Assembly: GCA_963706285.1 (NCBI GenBank)
Contig: CAVPLU010000016.1
Coordinates: 48,111 to 112,110, forward strand
DNA length: 64,000 nt
From: Candidatus Bathyarchaeota archaeon
GTDB lineage: Archaea > Thermoproteota > Bathyarchaeia > 40CM-2-53-6
Direction of reading: 5' to 3'
Positions within the stretch are counted from its first letter, which is position 1. Each line of letters opens with the position of its first letter. The translations under genes were made by a program, and so were the position numbers. Below, in pieces: positions 62,340 through 64,000 of the stretch. The notes beneath the pieces are model-generated. The model was not told the origin of the DNA. It worked only from the letters and a program-made list of their open reading frames with translations, and made no database searches.

Positions 62340-62746
62340 TACAGTATCGGTATTCGGTAGAGATTCTGGAGAAACGGTTGCAGAATCTCCGGAATCTCGT
62401 CAACATCGCAGTCTTGGCATGATGGATCCAACATCACGCGAATCATTCTGTTCTTGTCTGATAGCTCAACTTCGAGCATCATGTGGCCCTGCATCTTCTT
62501 CTCTGTGTCGTCTTTCGTGTCTACGTAGGTCCCTGGAGGAAGGACGAGTATGTGCATCCTTCGAAAGGCAAGGCTTGCAAGCATCGTTGCGAGCAGGACG
62601 ACTTTGCAGTCGCAGTCTCCTCCCGTCTTGATAGTTTCCCATGGCCATCTGATGTATTCTCCAAAAGCTTCTCCCTTGTAGCCTACCTTGTCACGCGTGT
62701 ATTCGAAGACGAGAGTCAACAGTCTAAGCTGGTCTGAAAAGGGCAA
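62336..62746 (-). CDS. Transglutaminase-like cysteine protease domain
   Basis: V.Y..E..EY..WP.ET..GGDCDCK..LLA and GH..L motifs. Confidence 0.8.
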   Translation of the reverse strand: MPFSDQLRLLTLVFEYTRDKVGYKGEAFGEYIRWPWETIKTGGDCDCKVVLLATMLASLAFRRMHILVLPPGTYVDTKDDTEKKMQGHMMLEVELSDKNRMIRVMLDPSCQDCDVDEIPEILQPFLQNLYRIPILY

Positions 62747-62756
62747 CTCGTTCGCG

Positions 62757-63293
62757 TCATGAGGCTTTTCCCTTCCTAGGGCAACTTCTCCCGATTGTGG
62801 TTGTTAGCTGATCTATTGTCGAATACTCAGAATGGTCTCTTGCTTCGGTGATTCTAGCGAGCACTGCAACTGCAGTTTTCATCGTGTATGGGTCAAGTGA
62901 AGTGTGGGGTTCAGGGTGAAGAATGACCTGTTTTGATCCACAGTATGAACAGAACCGTTCACTATCTCCTATTGCTTTGTTGCAGGAAGCGCAGAGGCGC
63001 ATTCTCTCAACAATCGGCATGTCTTCAGTTTCGGATGGCAAGGGAGTATGTCCGTCTGTGATCGATCCCCTTCCTGTCGGGGTGGTTTTCGATTTGCCCA
63101 TTTGTACACTGGTGAGTTGTGCTCCACAATTGTGGCAGAAGTTGGACCACGTCAGATTCACTGCTCCGCAACTTCCACAAGAAATCAGTTCTTGACCGCA
63201 GCCACCACAGAGAAGTCTGCCTTCAAGTGCTCTCGCTGTTCTTGTCGATGCGCCACATTGAGGGCAATTGCGTGGGCTACTTTTCGGAGCCAT
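62757..63293 (-). CDS. Multi zinc-ribbon protein, probably the N-terminus of the transglutaminase-like gene
   Basis: Six CxxC pairs. Ends 10 bp before the transglutaminase fragment. Confidence 0.7.
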   Translation of the reverse strand: MAPKSSPRNCPQCGASTRTARALEGRLLCGGCGQELISCGSCGAVNLTWSNFCHNCGAQLTSVQMGKSKTTPTGRGSITDGHTPLPSETEDMPIVERMRLCASCNKAIGDSERFCSYCGSKQVILHPEPHTSLDPYTMKTAVAVLARITEARDHSEYSTIDQLTTTIGRSCPRKGKAS

Positions 63294-63849
63294 CTGAAAG
63301 TGCTTCCAGGCGGAGAATCAGAACGAGATGCATCTCGCATTTGAGCCTTTTTGGGCGCCTTGCGAGTTTACCCAATTGAGCAGCCATGGTTTCCATCAGT
63401 CCAGAAAATGGATGCTTTGTTCTTGCGTCACCCATTTATCAGCATGGGCAGCCATATTGTATGCGAATGAGACTTAGCCTTTGATAGTACGATTCCGCAG
63501 AAGAACAAGAAGAAGGCGGCCAAGCCGCAGCCTGTTCAAGCGGCTGACTTTGAGTCCTCATCGGCTTGCACATGGAACAGCTCTGTGCGATGCAGGTCAT
63601 CCATCCGCGCTTCTTAGTCTAGGCTGATGCGTGCCAAGACATTTTATATGACAACAAGACGGGCTGTGTCAGCATCGCTTATGGGAAGTGAGCCGCGTAA
63701 TGGTCGAAGAAGACGAAGAAGAAGAGGAAGAAGAAGAGGAAGAAGAGGCTGAATACTGAAGAAAGCGTTTTAGCCCCTTCGAAAAACCACTTATTATTAT
63801 CAATAGTATGATCCGCCGGCACTCGACCCTCTTTCTTGAGTTGCCATGT

Positions 63850-64000
63850 GTGTTGCCCCGGTTTTTCCTGAAGTCGAATGACCTCGTTCGTTCCGGTTTG
63901 ACGGTTACCTTCACCCACTTTGCGAGCTTGAACATGGTTCTGGCGTAGGCTCCGGGGCACTTCGCTTTTTCTCATATATCTCTGCAATAGTGCCAGCAAC
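63850..64000 (-). CDS. Partial 3' end of a possible PPOX-class (F420-binding) gene
   Basis: WVKVTVKPERTRSFDFRK resembles the PPOX C-terminal strand. Runs off the window edge. Confidence 0.35.

Noticed and set aside
1-64000. Integrase, transposase, cas or rRNA genes
   Set aside because: No corresponding motifs recognised in any ORF of this window.

Overview
Archaeal chromosomal window, most consistent with Bathyarchaeia/TACK (inferred from cdc6 next to the PolD small subunit, a multi-intron tRNA, an MtrH homologue and many zinc-ribbon surface proteins). It starts at a probable replication origin: inverted ORB boxes lie upstream of cdc6. Two winged-helix genes, one membrane-anchored, and a dense TCAC/GTGA half-site array sit beside the origin. 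A tRNA-Ser(CGA) with two introns precedes an accessory region (about 8.7-17 kb). After that come purine/Moco-related genes, pdhABC, transporters, mtrH, argG, a Hef-like helicase and a zinc-ribbon/transglutaminase cluster. The most unusual signals are three. (1) A dispersed intergenic site family, CGCACCA-N6-CCACACA, often preceded by a tRNA T-loop/acceptor-like sequence, brackets cargo genes in inverted orientation. (2) The origin-linked membrane wHTH gene with its repeat array. (3) An unannotated 55-aa Tyr/Gly/Ser low-complexity peptide lies behind tandem ribbon-helix-helix genes. Many genes, including essential ones, carry frameshifts that are probably assembly indels. All product calls come from motif recognition by eye, with no database searches.
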